Part shown: piece by piece, positions 1-9,700 of the stretch
How positions within the stretch are numbered: the stretch's first letter is position 1
Layout: each line of letters opens with the position of its first letter
Assembly: GCA_037441385.1 (NCBI GenBank)
Contig: JBBISH010000107.1
Coordinates: 1 to 21,851, forward strand
DNA length: 21,851 bases
Source: Myxococcales bacterium
Lineage (GTDB): Bacteria; Myxococcota_A; UBA9042
Direction: 5' to 3'
Translations under genes and position numbers: made by a program
The notes under the pieces: generated by a model
What the model was told of the DNA's origin: nothing
Databases searched by the model: none
The model's input: the letters and a program-made list of their open reading frames with translations, nothing else

Positions 1-1
1 G

Positions 2-814
2 AGCACTGCCGACGTGGGTCCAACGGGCGACGGCCCGGCGTGCACCACCGACGCCGACTGCGAAACACTCGTCAATCTCGGCACCTGGCCAGCCAAGGCA
101 CTGGCCGCGTGCGCCACTGCCGTGTGCCAAAATCAGCGCTGTGGCATCGCCGCAAAGCCCGCCGGGGCACCTTGCGCCGACGATGACGGCCTCGCCTGCA
201 GCCATTTCACCTGCTCGGCGACCGCGGTGTGCGAGAAGACCGTCCAGGTCGATGCCGGCTGGTGCCTCGTCGGCGGAGCCTGCATCACGGTCGGTCCCAA
301 CCCGCAAAACCCCTGCCAAATCTGCAACCCGAGCGAGAAAAAGGACGGCTGGTCCCCCGCCGCCAAAGGCACCGCCTGCAAGGACAGCCTGGACTGCACC
401 ATCGACACCTGCGACCCGACCAAGACGGGCGGCTGCACCCACAAAGTCGACGCGAGCGTCCAGCAGGTCTGCTACACCGGCGACCCCAAGACCAAGGACG
501 TGGGCATCTGCAAGGCGGGCGTCAAGTCGTGCGACGCAAACGGCGTGCTGGGCGACTGCATTGGTCAAGTGCTTCCCGAAGTCAGCGACCCGTGCGACGG
601 CAAGGACAACAATTGCGACGGCACGGCCGACCCCGGCTGTGCGCCAGGCGTGTGGACCTCGCAGTTCAGCAACGCGTTGGTGGCGGGCAGTGGCCCGTCG
701 GGCTCCGTGACCGGCTTGCTGGGCATGGGCAACGTGGGCGCCAGCACCAGCAGCACGTCTTGGAAGATCAACTTCGGCTTGCCGTCGTGGCTCAAGGCCT
801 GGTTGGGCAAGTAG
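2..814 (+). CDS. Cys-rich extracellular repeat protein (5'-truncated by window edge) with a MopE-like putative metal-binding motif
   Basis: The frame is open from base 2 (AGC ACT GCC GAC GTG...) to TAG at 812-814, so the GTG at 14 is probably internal. It contains Cys-rich repeats (CKDSLDCTIDTCD, CYTGDPKTKDVGICKAGVKSC) and CDGKDNNCDGTAD at 593-631, matching the CDGxDNxCDG motif common in myxobacterial surface proteins. Third codon positions are GC-rich. Confidence 0.85.
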   Translation, partial: STADVGPTGDGPACTTDADCETLVNLGTWPAKALAACATAVCQNQRCGIAAKPAGAPCADDDGLACSHFTCSATAVCEKTVQVDAGWCLVGGACITVGPNPQNPCQICNPSEKKDGWSPAAKGTACKDSLDCTIDTCDPTKTGGCTHKVDASVQQVCYTGDPKTKDVGICKAGVKSCDANGVLGDCIGQVLPEVSDPCDGKDNNCDGTADPGCAPGVWTSQFSNALVAGSGPSGSVTGLLGMGNVGASTSSTSWKINFGLPSWLKAWLGK

Positions 815-894
815 CAAGCGACCCGAAACGCAGCCCGCCGCCGGCCATGGCGCCGCCCCGGGCAGAACGGTAGCACCGCGGGAGAGAACGGAAG

Positions 895-2766
895 ATGAAC
901 ATGCTTGGATGGTTGCATGATCAGTGGCTGGCGCTCGACCCTGGCCAAGGCCCGGCGCGGTGGCCGCGGGCCCGGACGGCGGCGGCATGGGCAGCCCTGG
1001 CGGTCGTTGCGCTGGCACCCCGTCTCGCGGTCGCGACCGTGCCGACCACGGCGACGCTGGACGGCGCGCTGAGCTCGGCTGCGGGCGGTCCGCCCAGCGA
1101 CGGCAAGTACACCGTCAAGGTTGGGCTGTACAAAGACGGCACGACCACCACGCCGCTGTGGACCGAGAATGGCTCGATCGATGTCAAGAACGGCCGGTTC
1201 AGCTACGTGCTTGGGTCGACCACGCCGATCTCGCCGGCCGTCTTGGGTACGGCGGCCTATTTTGGCATCACGGTGGGCGGTGATCCCGAAGCGACCCGCC
1301 GGCCGCTGCACACGGCGCTGTTTGCCCAGCGCGCGGCCGTGGCGGAATCGGTCAGCTGCTCGGGTTGCTTGACCACGTCGAACCTGGACGCCGCGCTGCA
1401 AAGCCAAGCCGCGACCATCGCCACGCGCGCCAAGGTCGCCGACAGCGGCCTGTACACCGACTTGGTGGGCGCGCCAGACACGACTCAACTGCTGAAGAAG
1501 ACAGACGTCAAGGCCGTGGCGACGACCGGCTCGTTCAAAGACCTGGTCGACGCGCCGGTGGCGCCGCAGTTGGGCAAGTCGTGCGGCAGCGGGCTGGTCC
1601 TGGCCGGCTACAAGGCCGACGGCAGTCTGGATTGCGTGGCGGGCGGCGCTGCGGGACTGCCCAAGGATGGCATCGCCCAAGTCTCGAACAAGTTGTTCTT
1701 GAACACCTTTATCGACAGCACGCCCGGCAAGTCCGACATCTTGATTCCCGACGGTCTGGGTGCGGGCGTCACCGACACGCTGACCTTCCCCAGCATCGGC
1801 ACGTGCCAGAAGATCTGGATCAACATCGCGTTGACCAACAGCGATATTTCGGGCGTGAAAATCGAGCTGTACGGACCCAGCATGCTCAACCCGTACGTCC
1901 TCTATCAGGGCGGCAAGACGGGCACCGCCATCACCGCCAACTACAACCAAGACACCAACCTGGTTTCGGGCGACATGAACGCCGACTGGGTGGGCAAAGA
2001 CATCGCCGGCACGTGGTCGCTGACCGTCAAGGACCTCAAGGCCGGCGGCGGCTCCGGCGGCTTTGACGGCAAGGTCAACTGGTCGGTCAACATCCAGACC
2101 CTGTCCAGCCAAATGGTCAACATCAAGGGCGACCTGATCGTGGACGGCAAGGTGACCGTGCTGGGCATGCCCCGGGCGTTCTGGTCGGGTTCGTTCCAGA
2201 CCCACAGCGCCGCCGGCGGTTGGTACGCCGGCAACGACACCAACCCGTACGGCGGCGTCAACCCGTCGAACTGGACCGACGGCAGCGCCGTGGCGGCGAA
2301 CATTGCCAACGACCTGAACGCGATTCGGTCGATGTTCGGCACTCGCCGCGCCATCTCGGGCAACGCCAACGTCTGCTCCGAGACATGGGTCAACACGTCT
2401 ACGACCACCAGCCGCATGTGCGGCGCGGTCTTCCGCATCAACAACCCGACGAATGCCGACATCACTTGGCCGATTTCGTTCTACTACTCGGCCTGGGGCA
2501 GCTACGGCGAACAGGCCTCGGTCACCATCAACGGCGCCAACACGTGGCAGTCGAACAACGACTCGTGGCCCAACGCCGCGGCCAGCGTCAACGTCGTCGT
2601 GCCCAAGGGCCGCATCAGCACGGTGGTGGTCATCTCGGCGTCGTCGCCGCAGTACGCGGCCCAGCAACGCAACAATTTCTTGGCCTTCTACAACAACTCG
2701 CTCGACCTGCCCACCGGCCTCAGCTATGTGGACGATCTGGAGTCGGCGACCGGAGCGTGGAAGTAG
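895..2766 (+). CDS. Secreted fibre/adhesin-like protein, paralog 1 (P-domain containing)
   Basis: ATG preceded by GGAGAG (881-886). Signal peptide ending AVA at residue 47. Base domain (LYKD...LWTE...V.NG.FSYVLG...YFGITVG), CSGC, two VAxxGxxxDL motifs, a P-domain-like region (IPDG...TDTL...KIELYGP...GTWSLTVKD...NWSVNI) and a C-terminal domain ending FYNNSLDLPTGLSYVDD. Colinear with the next two genes. Confidence 0.9.
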   Translation: MNMLGWLHDQWLALDPGQGPARWPRARTAAAWAALAVVALAPRLAVATVPTTATLDGALSSAAGGPPSDGKYTVKVGLYKDGTTTTPLWTENGSIDVKNGRFSYVLGSTTPISPAVLGTAAYFGITVGGDPEATRRPLHTALFAQRAAVAESVSCSGCLTTSNLDAALQSQAATIATRAKVADSGLYTDLVGAPDTTQLLKKTDVKAVATTGSFKDLVDAPVAPQLGKSCGSGLVLAGYKADGSLDCVAGGAAGLPKDGIAQVSNKLFLNTFIDSTPGKSDILIPDGLGAGVTDTLTFPSIGTCQKIWINIALTNSDISGVKIELYGPSMLNPYVLYQGGKTGTAITANYNQDTNLVSGDMNADWVGKDIAGTWSLTVKDLKAGGGSGGFDGKVNWSVNIQTLSSQMVNIKGDLIVDGKVTVLGMPRAFWSGSFQTHSAAGGWYAGNDTNPYGGVNPSNWTDGSAVAANIANDLNAIRSMFGTRRAISGNANVCSETWVNTSTTTSRMCGAVFRINNPTNADITWPISFYYSAWGSYGEQASVTINGANTWQSNNDSWPNAAASVNVVVPKGRISTVVVISASSPQYAAQQRNNFLAFYNNSLDLPTGLSYVDDLESATGAWK

Positions 2767-5700
2767 GCGAACCGCAACGCCCGCAGACCTGCTGAACTGT
2801 GAACTTGAACGCTCGACCCGAGGGACGTATGAACGCGAAAACCTTGTGGAATTGGATGAGGCGACCGCAGCGCATGGCGCGCAAGGCTCCGCACTGGGCG
2901 CTGACCGCTGGTCTCGCGGCCGTGCTGGGCTTGGGTGGCGCGGCTGCGGCTCAAGCTGCACCGGCGACGTCGCTTTTGTACGGCACCTTGGCGACTTCGG
3001 CGGGCGGGCCCGCGGCCGACGGCACCTACGCCGTCACGGTCTCGCTATACAAAGACGCGCAGACTCAGACGGCGCTATGGACCGAGCAGGGCAATGTCTC
3101 GTTGCTCAAGGGGCAATTCTCGTACGTGCTCGGGGCCAACACGCCGCTCTCGCCCGCGGCGCTCACAACCGCGGCGTTTGTGGGCATCAAGGTGGGCAGT
3201 GACGCGGAGCTGCCGCGCAACCCGCTCAATTCCAAACTGTTCGCCATGCGCGCCACGGTGGCCGAGGCTGTGGCCTGTTCGGGCTGCATCGCGCCGGAGC
3301 AGCTGGACAGCACGCTGCAGGGGCAGTCGGCGATCGTCTCGAAGCTGAGCGACGTGGCCAAGTCGGGCCTGTTCACCGACGTCATTGGCGCGCCCGACCT
3401 GAGCGGCTACCTGAAGAAAACCGACCTGAAGCCAGTGGCCACAACCGGCGCTTACACCGACTTGGCCGACAAACCGGTCTACCCCGTGCTGGGCAAAAGC
3501 TGCGGCTCGGGCCTGGTGGTGGCGGGCTTCAAGGCCGACGGCAGCCTGGACTGCGTGACGGCCGGCGTGGCCAGCCTGCCCAAAGACTCGGTGGCGGTCT
3601 TGTCGAACAACCTGATCTACAACACCTTTGTCGACAAGACCGCCGGCAAACCCGACGTGGCGATCCCCGACGGCCTGGGCGCGGGCGTCACCGACACGCT
3701 CACCTTCCCCAGCATCGGCATCGCCCAGAAGATCTGGTTCGAGGTGAGCCTGCAGAACAGCGACATCTCGGGCTGCAAGATCGAGCTGTACGGCCCAAGC
3801 ATGCTCAACCCGTACGTGCTGTACCAAGGCGGCAAGACCGGCACGACCCTGACCGCCAAGTTCAACGACGACACGCCGCTCGTCTCGGGCGACCCCAGCA
3901 CCGATTGGGTAGGCAAGGACATCGCCGGCAACTGGTCGATGACCGTCAAGGACCTGAAGGCAGGTGGCGGTTCGGGCGGTTTCGACGGCAAGATCAACTG
4001 GTCGGTCAACATCCAGACCCTGTCGAGCAAGAAGATCGAGATCAAGGGCAGCCTCATCGTCGACGGCTCGCTGACCGCGGCGGCCGTGATCAAGCCGGTG
4101 AGTACGGTCTACTGGGTCGCCAACTTCAACACCTACGACAATGGCGGCGGCACTTGGTACGCCAACAACGACGCCAACCCCTTTGGCGGTGTGAACCCTT
4201 CGGCCTGGACCGACGGCAATGCGACGGCCGCCAACATCGCCGACGATTTTGATGCCCTGCGCTCGATCTTCAACCGTCGCCGTGCGATTTCGCCCAACTC
4301 GATAGCCTGCGCTGAGATCCAGCCCACCACCAGTTCGACCAACGGCCGCATGTGCGGCGCGCTCTTCCGCATTCAGAACACCACGGGCGGCAACATCAAC
4401 TGGACCCCGTACTTCTACTACACGTCGTACTACGGCTGGTCCGAGCGGTCGTCGGTCACGATCAACGCCAGCAATGTCTGGAACTCGAACAACGACACCT
4501 ACCCGAACAGCAACGCGGGCGTGACGGTGACCCTGCCCGCAGGCAAGACGAGCACGGTGATCATCATGGCCTCGTCCAGCCCAGCCTGGGGCAACAACCA
4601 GCGCGACAATGCTTTGATTTTCTACAATAACTCGCTGACGCTCCCCAGCGGCCTGAAATATGTCGACGACCTGGACACGGCCACTGGCAAGTGGAAGTTC
4701 TAGAAGGAAACCCAGCGCGCAGGCTCCGACGCAAATCGTTGAGCAGGGCAAGGAAGGCCAAGATGATCGCAGTACTTGATAACATGCGTGCGCTCAAGAA
4801 CTTGCTGGCCCGCCAGGGGCGGCACCTGCAGCGCAAGGCGCTGTTGGCGCTTGTTTCGGGCGCGCTCGTTGCGGGCGGCCTGACCGCGGCGCCGGCTTGG
4901 GCGGTCGTGCCGGCCACGAGCCTGTTCGAAGGCATGCTGCTGGGTGCCAATGGCGGCCCCGTGGCGGACGGCCCATACGACCTGACGGTATCGCTGTACA
5001 AGGACGCCCAAACGGCGCAACCGCTGTGGTTCGAGACGCAGACGGTGGTCGTCAGCGGGGGCGTGTTCAGCCTGGCCCTGGGCGCAGAAACCACGCTGAC
5101 GCCTGCGATTCTGTCCGGGGCGACACTGATCGGCGTCAAGGTGGGCGCCGATCCCGAGCTGCCCAAGACGCCGCTCCGGTCGGTGCTGTTTGCCGAGCGC
5201 GTGGCTGGGGCCGACGCGATCGCGTGCTCGGCCTGCATCTCGGTGACGCAGTTGGCGCCGGCACTTCAGCAACAAGCGTCGACGGTGTCCAAGCTGGCCG
5301 ACGTGGCCAAGTCGGGCTTGTACGGCGACCTGATCGGTGCGCCAGACGCCAGCCAGTACGTCAAGAAGACCGACCTCAAAGCCGTGGCCACTTCGGGCTC
5401 GTACGCAGACCTGACGGGTACGCCGGTGGTTCCGGTGGTGGGCAAGAGCTGCGGCACCGGGCTGGTGCTCGCGGGCTTCAAGGCCGACGGCAGCTTGGAT
5501 TGCGTGACGGGCGGTGCGGCGGTGCTCGCTGCGGACGCCATCGACGATGTGTCAAATCAGCTGATCTTCAATACCTTTATCGACAAGACCAGCGGCAAGA
5601 CCGACGTGGGGATCCCCGACGGCTTGGGCGCCGGCGTGACCGACACGCTCACCTTCCCCAGCATCGGCATTGCCCAGAAGATTTGGGTCGAGATGGCGCT

Positions 5701-5977
5701 CACCAACAGCGACATTTCCGGCATCAAGATCGAGCTGTACGGCCCCAGCATGCTCAACCCCTACGTGCTGTACCAGGGCGGCAAGACGGGCACGGCCATC
5801 ACCACGACCTACAATCTGGACACGCCGCTGGTTTCGGGCGACATGACCAGCGACTGGGTCGGCAAAGACATAGCCGGCAACTGGTCGATCACCGTGAAAG
5901 ATCTCAAGGCCGGCGGCGGCAGCGGCGGCCTGGACGGCAAGTTCAACTGGTCGGTCAACATCCAGACCTTGTCGAGC
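1744..5977 (+). repeat. Three gap-free 366-nt homologous segments (1744-2109, 3663-4028, 5612-5977) encoding the P-domain cores of the paralogs
   Basis: All three copies share the peptides IPDGLGAGVTDTLTFPSIG, KIELYGPSMLNPYVLYQGGKTGT, TVKDLKAGGGSGG and NWSVNIQTLSS. DNA differences inside these blocks are synonymous. Confidence 0.9.
2829..4703 (+). CDS. Secreted fibre/adhesin-like protein, paralog 2 (P-domain containing)
   Basis: ORF 2799..4703. I prefer the ATG at 2829 (GAGGGA at 2820-2825), which gives a 43-aa signal peptide ending AQA. Same domain order as paralog 1. Confidence 0.9.
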   Translation: MNAKTLWNWMRRPQRMARKAPHWALTAGLAAVLGLGGAAAAQAAPATSLLYGTLATSAGGPAADGTYAVTVSLYKDAQTQTALWTEQGNVSLLKGQFSYVLGANTPLSPAALTTAAFVGIKVGSDAELPRNPLNSKLFAMRATVAEAVACSGCIAPEQLDSTLQGQSAIVSKLSDVAKSGLFTDVIGAPDLSGYLKKTDLKPVATTGAYTDLADKPVYPVLGKSCGSGLVVAGFKADGSLDCVTAGVASLPKDSVAVLSNNLIYNTFVDKTAGKPDVAIPDGLGAGVTDTLTFPSIGIAQKIWFEVSLQNSDISGCKIELYGPSMLNPYVLYQGGKTGTTLTAKFNDDTPLVSGDPSTDWVGKDIAGNWSMTVKDLKAGGGSGGFDGKINWSVNIQTLSSKKIEIKGSLIVDGSLTAAAVIKPVSTVYWVANFNTYDNGGGTWYANNDANPFGGVNPSAWTDGNATAANIADDFDALRSIFNRRRAISPNSIACAEIQPTTSSTNGRMCGALFRIQNTTGGNINWTPYFYYTSYYGWSERSSVTINASNVWNSNNDTYPNSNAGVTVTLPAGKTSTVIIMASSSPAWGNNQRDNALIFYNNSLTLPSGLKYVDDLDTATGKWKF

Positions 5978-6652
5978 AAGAAGATCCAAATCAAGGGCGA
6001 CCTGATCGTCGACGGCAACCTGCAAGTGAGCGGCGCGGGCGGCATCCCGTCGTATTGGGCTGGCTCGTTCCACACCTACAGCTACGGCAACTCCGCGTAC
6101 TTCGGCAACGACAACAAGGCCACCACGGCGGGCATTGCCCCGTCGGCCTGGCAAGCGTCGGCCGTCGTGTCGCAGATCCCCGACGACATCGACACCTTGC
6201 GCTCGGTCTTCAACGAGCGGCACACCATGTCGGCCAACAGCAACGTGTGCGCCGAGATGTGGCGCGCCGGGTCCAACTCGACCCCCACCAAAGAAGGGCG
6301 CTGGTGTGGCGCCGTCTTCCGCGTGCGCAATACCACGGCCAACGACATCACCTGGCCGATCCAGTTCTATTACACAGCCTGCCAAGACGTGGGCCAGTTG
6401 GCGTCGGTGTCGATCAACGGCCAGAGCAGCTGGGCTTCGAGCTCGAACGCGTGGCCCAACTCGGCGGTGACGGTCAGCTTGGCGGTGCCCAAGAATCGGG
6501 TGAGCACGATCGTGGTCCTGTCGGCCTCTAGCCCGGCCTTTGGCAGCAATCAGCGGCAAAGCGTGTTGAACTTCTACAACAATTCGCTGAAGCTGCCCAC
6601 TGGCCTGGCGTACGTGGACGATTGGGAGACCGTGGACGGCACCTGGAAGTAG
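4763..6652 (+). CDS. Secreted fibre/adhesin-like protein, paralog 3 (P-domain containing)
   Basis: ORF 4691..6652. I prefer the ATG at 4763, which follows AAGGAAGG (4750-4757) and avoids overlap with the previous gene; ATG 4784 is an alternative. Signal peptide ends AWA. Same architecture as paralogs 1 and 2. Confidence 0.9.
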   Translation: MIAVLDNMRALKNLLARQGRHLQRKALLALVSGALVAGGLTAAPAWAVVPATSLFEGMLLGANGGPVADGPYDLTVSLYKDAQTAQPLWFETQTVVVSGGVFSLALGAETTLTPAILSGATLIGVKVGADPELPKTPLRSVLFAERVAGADAIACSACISVTQLAPALQQQASTVSKLADVAKSGLYGDLIGAPDASQYVKKTDLKAVATSGSYADLTGTPVVPVVGKSCGTGLVLAGFKADGSLDCVTGGAAVLAADAIDDVSNQLIFNTFIDKTSGKTDVGIPDGLGAGVTDTLTFPSIGIAQKIWVEMALTNSDISGIKIELYGPSMLNPYVLYQGGKTGTAITTTYNLDTPLVSGDMTSDWVGKDIAGNWSITVKDLKAGGGSGGLDGKFNWSVNIQTLSSKKIQIKGDLIVDGNLQVSGAGGIPSYWAGSFHTYSYGNSAYFGNDNKATTAGIAPSAWQASAVVSQIPDDIDTLRSVFNERHTMSANSNVCAEMWRAGSNSTPTKEGRWCGAVFRVRNTTANDITWPIQFYYTACQDVGQLASVSINGQSSWASSSNAWPNSAVTVSLAVPKNRVSTIVVLSASSPAFGSNQRQSVLNFYNNSLKLPTGLAYVDDWETVDGTWK

Positions 6653-6754
6653 CTGCGGGCCCGCCGGGATCGCCACTGGGCGTCGTGCGTCGAAGCAGCC
6701 ACTGGCTTGGCGCCGCCTGCCCACGCGTGCGCCAAGGCCTGAAAGGGGGTCGGC

Positions 6755-9700
6755 GTGGCAGCAGTTGGCAGAGAAGCCGCGGTAATTCGGCGCGATTGGC
6801 TTGATCCACTGCGGCTCGCGGCGGCCTTGGGCTTGGCCCTTGTGATGGGGGCGTGCGGCGCGCCGCAGACCCAGGTCACGGTGCCGGTGCCGCCCGCGGG
6901 CATGCAGGTCAAGACGCAATTTGTCGGCGGCGGCCACGTGACCCAAGTGCTCGCCCCCGACAGGGTGGTGATCAGTCACGGTCGCCTGGATGGCCTCAAG
7001 GCCGATGGCAAAGCCTTGCCCGTGTTTGGCGTGCGCAAACGGCCGGGCGACAACGCGAATACCGAGCTGAACGGCGACCTGCGGCTGGCCCGCGGACAGG
7101 TGGTGGAGCTGCGCGACCGCGACGCCGTGATCCAGCTCTCGTTCCAAGCCACAGCGGTGGTGGTGGGCGACTACGTGGAACACGCCATCGACGTGCCCGC
7201 GGGGCTGGAAGACGACCCGGTGTTCGAGTTGGCGGCGCTGGACATCGGCTTTCGCGAATTGGACCGCGATCAGCTGATTTACGACCTGAGCGACGTGTTG
7301 CAGAACGCCACGCCGGCCGGCCGCGAGGCGGTCTTGACCCGGATGGTGGCCGAGGTGCGCGCCAAAGCCGAGCTGGCCAAAGAAGTTTTTCGCGAGCGCG
7401 TCGAAGGGGGGCGCTTCCACGCCAAAGGGCTGGGCGAGGCGTTTGCCGCCACCACGACCGAAGACATGTTCGAGTTCTTGCTGTTTGCCCGCGTGTTTCC
7501 GGGCAAGTACATCGCCCATCGTTGGAAGCTGGTCGAGGTCTATGCCACTTGGATCATCAACCGCACGCCCACGGGGACCGACAGCCTGGCCGAACGCAAG
7601 GCCGCGGTGCACGTGCGGGCGGGCAACAAGGCCGCAGCCGAGGGCGATTTTGCCGGCGCCGAGCAGCGCTGGAAGGCCGCCCTGGCCCTTACGCCCGGCG
7701 ACAGCAAGGTCAAGGACAAGCTAAAGGACTTGCAGGACATTCGCCTGTGGCAGGCGGCGCTGCAGCGCGACCCAGACGACACCGCCACGCGCTGGAATTT
7801 GGTCGTCACCCTGTTTCGCCGCGAGGCGCTGAACGCCTGCAGCGCCCAGTTGGACGCCCTGGACCAGCGGCACTACAGGCCCGACGAGGTCTTGCGCTAC
7901 CGGGCGATGATCCTGGCCCGGCACGAGAAATACGCCGAAGCGGCTGGGATTTTCCGCGAACTGCACAAGCGGGCCGGCAGCGGCGCGTCAACGGTGTGGC
8001 TGCGCTACTGCGAGGAAATGGCGCGCCTCAAGACCGACCCCAACTCGTATGCCGCCAGCATGGCTCTAGCCAAGGTCCACGAAGACGAGAAGCTATGGGG
8101 CGATGCGCTCGAGAAGTACCAACTGGCGCAAGAGCGGGCGCACAACCCCGAGGAGATCCGGGCGGCCTTTCAAGGGCAGATTCGGATTGGGCAATTGCGC
8201 GAGCTGGACAAGCTGGCGACCTGGGTGGACGACGATCTGGCCAAGCACTCGCTCAACATGGCCCGCAAGCGCATCGAGCGCGTGGCGGCCCTTTGCCGCG
8301 AGATCGGCGATCCGCTGCGCTTTGGCAAGCTGCTGGCGCGCTTTGCCGAGGCGGCCTACAACGCTTTTGACGAGCGCTTTGCGCGCGAGTTGCGGGTTCG
8401 CCAGCTAAATCTGGACCCCAAAGACGCCGAAGCTTGGCTGGCGCTGGCGTGGCTTGAGCTGCGCGGTGGCGACTTGGCGGCGGCCAAGGCGGCGGTCGGC
8501 AAGGCCCTGGCGCTGGATCCGGGGCGACACTACGGGCACCAAATCCTGGGGCGCGTGGCGCTCTTGCAGGGCGAATGGGCCGTGGTCGAGAGCGAGTGCC
8601 GCTTGGCGATGGCCGACGCCGGCTATGCTTGGCCCCGGATGACGCTGGCGCGGGCGCTGGTGGCGCAGCAACGCTGGGACGAGGCGGTAGAGCAGGCCGA
8701 CGCGGCCTGGAAGCTGATGCCCGAAGAAAGTGAAATTCAAAATCAGCGCTGTGCGGTGCTGGAGGCCCGCGATGCTGGCCGCGACTTGGCCGCCGGCAAG
8801 AACGCGCCGCGGGCCCGGCTGCGGCTGGTGCGGGCGCTGGTGGACCTGGACTTGCCCACGGCGATTGCGGCCGAGCTGGAGAAAATCGGCAAGGATTCGC
8901 CCTATTGGGCGGCGGCGCGCGAGGCGGTGGCGGTGTCGACGTCGCGCGAGATGCCCGTCGAGCTGATGGTCAAGGTGGTGCAAGAGTTGGGGGGCACCGA
9001 CGAGTTTACGGCCAAGCTGCGCGAATCGGTGCTGGCTCGCGCCGAGCTGCAGGCCAATCCCGACCAGCCGGCCGCCCGGCTGCGGGCCGCCAAGGCCATG
9101 GCGCGGCGCGGCGAATTCCACAAAGCGCTGGCCACGGTGGGCGAGGCCAAAGCCGGCACCCCGCAAGCGGATCTGGTGGAACTGGCCCTGCGCGGCAACG
9201 AGGCGGAGGGGCTGGTGACCCTGGCGGAAGAAGCATTCCAACGCTCGGACCCCGGGACGGCGGGCGAGCTTTTGGCCAAGGCTCGGGCGGTGTTCGAGCA
9301 GATCGGCTCCGAGCGCGTGTTCGCGGTGCTGCGCTTGCAGGCGTATGCGCTGGTGGGGCAGAGCAAGCACAAAGAGGCCATGGAGCTGCTGCGGACCCAC
9401 CTGCCGGCGGCGCGGCGCACGCAAGACACCAGCTGGTACGTGCCCATGGAGCTGAAGCTGGCGGATATCGAGAGCTTTTTGGGCAATCTGGCTGCGCGGC
9501 GCGAGGCGTTGGAGCGGGTGCGGGCGCAGTGTGCCGAGCGCGACCAAGTGTACTGCCAAGCCAACATGCTGATTGATTTGGGTGATCAGGCCATGACCGA
9601 TGGCGCGCTGCAGCGGGCCCAAGAGCTGGTCGAGAGCGGCCTGAAATTGGCCGAGCGCAGCGGCTACCTGAGCATCGTGCGCAACGGCCGCGGCACGCTG

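Noticed and set aside
1744..2109. Fibre paralogs as subtilisin/kexin proteases because of the P-domain
   Set aside because: No S8 catalytic motifs (DxG, HGT, GTSxA) in any of the three proteins.
2179..6649. Possible diversity-generating retroelement targets (AAC-rich variable C-termini)
   Set aside because: No reverse transcriptase or near-identical template repeat in the window. Differences among tips involve all bases and include indels, so they are not adenine-specific.
895..6652. Prophage tail-fibre module
   Set aside because: The proteins carry Sec signal peptides, and no capsid, tail, baseplate, terminase or integrase genes are present.
6706..6736. 8-bp hairpin CTTGGCGC/GCGCCAAG before the CHAT gene RBS as a terminator
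   Set aside because: No U-tract and a 15-nt loop; such GC stems arise easily by chance at this composition.
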